DNA from: Macrostomum lignano
Taxonomy: Eukaryota
Direction of reading: 5' to 3'
Assembly (NCBI GenBank): GCA_002269645.1
Contig: NIVC01001189.1
Location: forward strand, 1 to 64,000
DNA: 64,000 bases
Below are positions 60,644 to 64,000 of the stretch, piece after piece (the stretch's first letter is position 1; each line of letters starts with the position of its first letter). The notes beneath the pieces were generated by a model, which worked only from the letters and a program-made list of their open reading frames with translations, made no database searches and was not told the origin of the DNA. Made by a program: the position numbers and the translations under genes.

Positions 60644-61194
60644 CTTGAATCGGGAACGGGGGCATACAACAAGGTCTTTCTCGAGTTTTGCGCGTTGAAG
60701 AATAACTCGATTGTAGAAGCATTTTAAATGTGATTTTTAGGAGTTAGATCACACTGACTCGACCCCGTGGCTATGAATGGCAGAAAGAAGTGCTCGCCCG
60801 AATGCATTGAGTTCATTTCGAACCAAGCTGACAATAAATAATATTTATTAACGTATTTTTAAACCGTTGTCTTTGACTCTGTGTTTGTACAGGAAATTGT
60901 ATTATTTAATTGTGCATGCTTGTTTAAATCTTTTGCTTTGTTAATTTAACCCTTTGCTTTTCAGGCTCTGGCTTTCTGTGTCTTATAGTTTGTGAAATTG
61001 GCTAGCTTTGACTTTATTAAGATTATTTTATCCTTAATAACGATGCCTTGCAAAATATGGATCCCACGAACCTACAGTTGGAGATAATTTTAAATAAGCA
61101 TTTAGACTGTAAATCCAACAATTAATGTGATAAACAAAAAGTGCTAAAATTGTTTGTATTAAAGCTTTCGTCTTTTTAAGTTCGATGGCACCTC

Positions 61195-61580
61195 TCTAAT
61201 GTACACTGACCAGCCAACACCAACTCCCCCAATGTACACTGACCAGCCAGCACCAACTCCCCCGATGTACACTGACCAGCCAGCACCAACTCCCCCGATG
61301 TACACTAACCAGCCAGCACCAACTCCCCCAATGTACACTGACCAGCCAACACCAACTCCCCCAATGTACACTGACCAGCCAGCACCAACTCCCCCGATGT
61401 ACACTGACCAGCCAACACCAACTCCCCCGATGTACACTGACCAGCCAACACCAACTCCCCCAATGTACACTGACCAGCCAGCACCAACTCCCCCGATGTA
61501 CACTGACCAGCCAACACCAACTCCCCCGATGTACACTGACCAGCCAACACCAACCCCTCCAATGTACACTGACCAGCCCA
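61195..61580. repeat. Minisatellite, 33-bp unit ATGTACACTGACCAGCCA(A/G)CACCAACTCCCCC(A/G)
   Basis: About 11 copies. Confidence 0.96.
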
Positions 61581-62319
61581 TCCCTACCTCTGTACCAAAA
61601 TTATAACCCGTATAACATAGCTTTGCATTTCTTAGACTTCACTAGCTTACTGACTAAAAGGTTATTTTCCTTGCACGCCTTTCAACTTAGATTTTGTCGT
61701 ACTTTTATTTACCTAACAATTCGTTTAAAAAGTGCTGCGCCTTTTGCGGACTGCTGTTTGCTATCCCTTAAACGCGCACGCCCATCAGTCAGTTATTTAT
61801 TTGTTTAGATTTTAATTTAATCCATAGAACTATAAAATTGTTTTTCCTTGTTTGTGAATAAGGATTCTGTGATATTACCTGAGCATGATATTCATGACTA
61901 GTTTTAATCTTGCATAGGAAATTATTATCTTGATAATGCGCAGTCTTTGCTATAACAGCTCTGAGCTGGCGCTTTAATAGGTTGCACTTTGTGTTTAATG
62001 CTAAATCCAATGCTTTATTTACGCTTTCAATATGCTGCATTGCTGAACTAACACCATTTATGTACTCCTGGCCGTTTAAATTTGCCTGCAGACCTGTTAC
62101 ATGTGACTAAGACAATATACCATATATACTTTGGTTTACTTGTGCTTCTACGAATAATGTGCGGATTTGAGTTCAATAGATTTGCCTATTTCACATTGAT
62201 TTACTTTATTGAAGCACCTTCAATAGGCTAAATGTCTACTAAAAAGTAGTAACAAGGGTACTAAAATGGATTTTTTGTTTGTTTAGCATCATTGCAATGT
62301 GCATTTATAGCACTCCATA

Positions 62320-62825
62320 AGCCAGCACTCTTTAAACCGAGATTAGCACTTTTTAAACAGAGATTGGCACTCTTTAAACTGAGGTTAGCACTCCATAAAC
62401 CAAGATAGCACTCTACTAACCGAGATTAGCACTCTACTAACCGAGATTAGCACTCTTAAAACCGAGATTAGCAGTCTTTAAACCGAGATTAGCACTCCAT
62501 AAACCGAGATAGCACTCTACTAACCGAGATTAGCACTCCATAAACCTAGATAGCACTCTACTAACCGAGATTAGCACTCCATAAACCTAGATAGCACTCT
62601 ACTAACCGAGATTAGCACTCCATAAACCGAGATAGCACTCTACTAACCGAGATTAGCACTCAACTAACCGAGATTAGCACTCTTAAAAAAGAGATTAGCA
62701 CTTTATTTAAACCGAGCTTAGCACTCTATAAACCCAGATTAGCACTATAAACCGAGATTAGCACTCTATAAACCGATGTTTCTATTAACCGATGTTAGCA
62801 CTCTATAAACCGAGATTAGCAGTCC
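62320..62825. repeat. Degenerate minisatellite, about 21-bp unit AACCGAGATTAGCACTC(TACT/CATA/TTAA)
   Basis: Direct periodicity. Confidence 0.93.
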
Positions 62826-63659
62826 ATGAGCCGTTGTTAACGCTACGAGTGGATGGTACACAACAAGCTATGAAGACAAAGAATTGAAACCTTTTTGACG
62901 AGTTCCAATTGTATCTTTAACTCGCCAGCAGACACAGCAGAAGTTTTGACACGTGTGTTGATAAAAAACATTGTCTTAATTATATAGTTTTTATTTTAGA
63001 TGAATACGAGCGCAAATACCTGGGCGGGAGTTGTTAAGAATACTATCAAAAATTCAGCTGCAGTGTAGAAGCTGAGAGTTGCCAGCCTGCACCTTGCACA
63101 CCAATAGAAAACAGCATGCTTAGAGAAAATCTATTGAAACAAAGGAAATTCTGAAATCGCTAGGAAAGAGAGAATCAACAGTGACAAAGGAATAAAGTTA
63201 AATACATTCGAGCGGCAGAACTGAATTTGATAGAGAAAAGCCCTGTCAAACCAGACTCCTTAATACTCGTACAATCGCAAAATGTAAGTCGTAAAAACCG
63301 CCGAGCCAACGGCCGTCTGAGCGGTGCCTGCCATGGTCGGGGCGTGAAAAATGAGAGAAAATTTAAATCGCAAGAGTGCACAAATAGTAAAATAGTTTTA
63401 ATTTTTTAAGTGTGAAACGCAGTAAAAATACAAAAAGCAGCAAAGTAATTCCGATTTGTAAGGATAGAAAAAGTAATAAGAAGGACGTAAAGGGAATTTG
63501 TTGTACTGAGGCAGCAGCAGTTGCCGTCAGAGTGTGGGCAAATGTTTTTGACAATGTTTTTACAGGCGCCATATTGGTTTTGTGTTTTGCTTTGTTACTG
63601 AGCAGTCACAACTTCCCCGCAAAACAGCAAGCAAATTTTCATTCGAATATCAGATCCAC

Positions 63660-64000
63660 ATTTCAATCCCAGATCCCCATTTCACTCACTCTCGGATCTC
63701 CGATCCCCATTTCAATCTCAAATCCCCATCTGCATCCCAGATCCCCATCTGCATCCCAGATCCCCATCTGCATCTCAGATCCTCATCTGCATCTCAGATC
63801 CCCATCTGCATCCCAGATCCCCATCTGAATCTCAGATCCCCATTTATAATCTCAAATCTCCATCTGCATCCCAGATCCCCATCTGCATCCCAGATCCCCA
63901 TCTGCATCTCAGATCCTCATCTGCATCTCAGATCCCCATCTGCATCCCAGATCCCCATCTGCATCTTAGATCCCCATCTGCATCTCAGATCCCCATCTGC
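63660..64000. repeat. Minisatellite, 19-bp unit C(C/T)CAGATCCCCATCTGCAT, running off the window end
   Basis: Direct periodicity. Confidence 0.95.

Overview
This is eukaryotic (metazoan invertebrate) genomic DNA, not prokaryotic: it has spliceosomal GT-AG introns and abundant minisatellites. The overall style suggests a flatworm such as Macrostomum, but that is inference only. Two conserved genes lie head-to-head. One is a complete 9-exon syntaxin-1 (minus, 40965-53247, 305 aa); the other is a 4-exon BTB-BACK-Kelch gene of the KLHL9/13/26/36 type (plus, 55678-60643, 648 aa). Mobile DNA includes a full-length APE-RT-RNaseH non-LTR retrotransposon with a 12-bp TSD (14133-19938, LOA-like) and an intact piggyBac (36709-39171, TTAA TSD). 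It also includes an internally deleted piggyBac of a second family (29048-29912), several hAT MITEs with 8-bp TSDs, a Mutator-like foldback, two tRNA-derived SINEs and a probable solo LTR. About 15 tandem arrays (units of 2-94 bp) explain most long ORFs in the track. The least explained part is 11-35 kb, a TE-riddled cluster of small orphan genes. It holds a paralog pair with DSG phosphodegron-like motifs, a MAxYFAAGPSVEVADL small-ORF family in a diverged ~3-kb tandem unit, and a 3-exon disordered-protein gene. Several single-base frameshifts could be long-read consensus errors. No database searches were run; all family assignments come from motif recognition.
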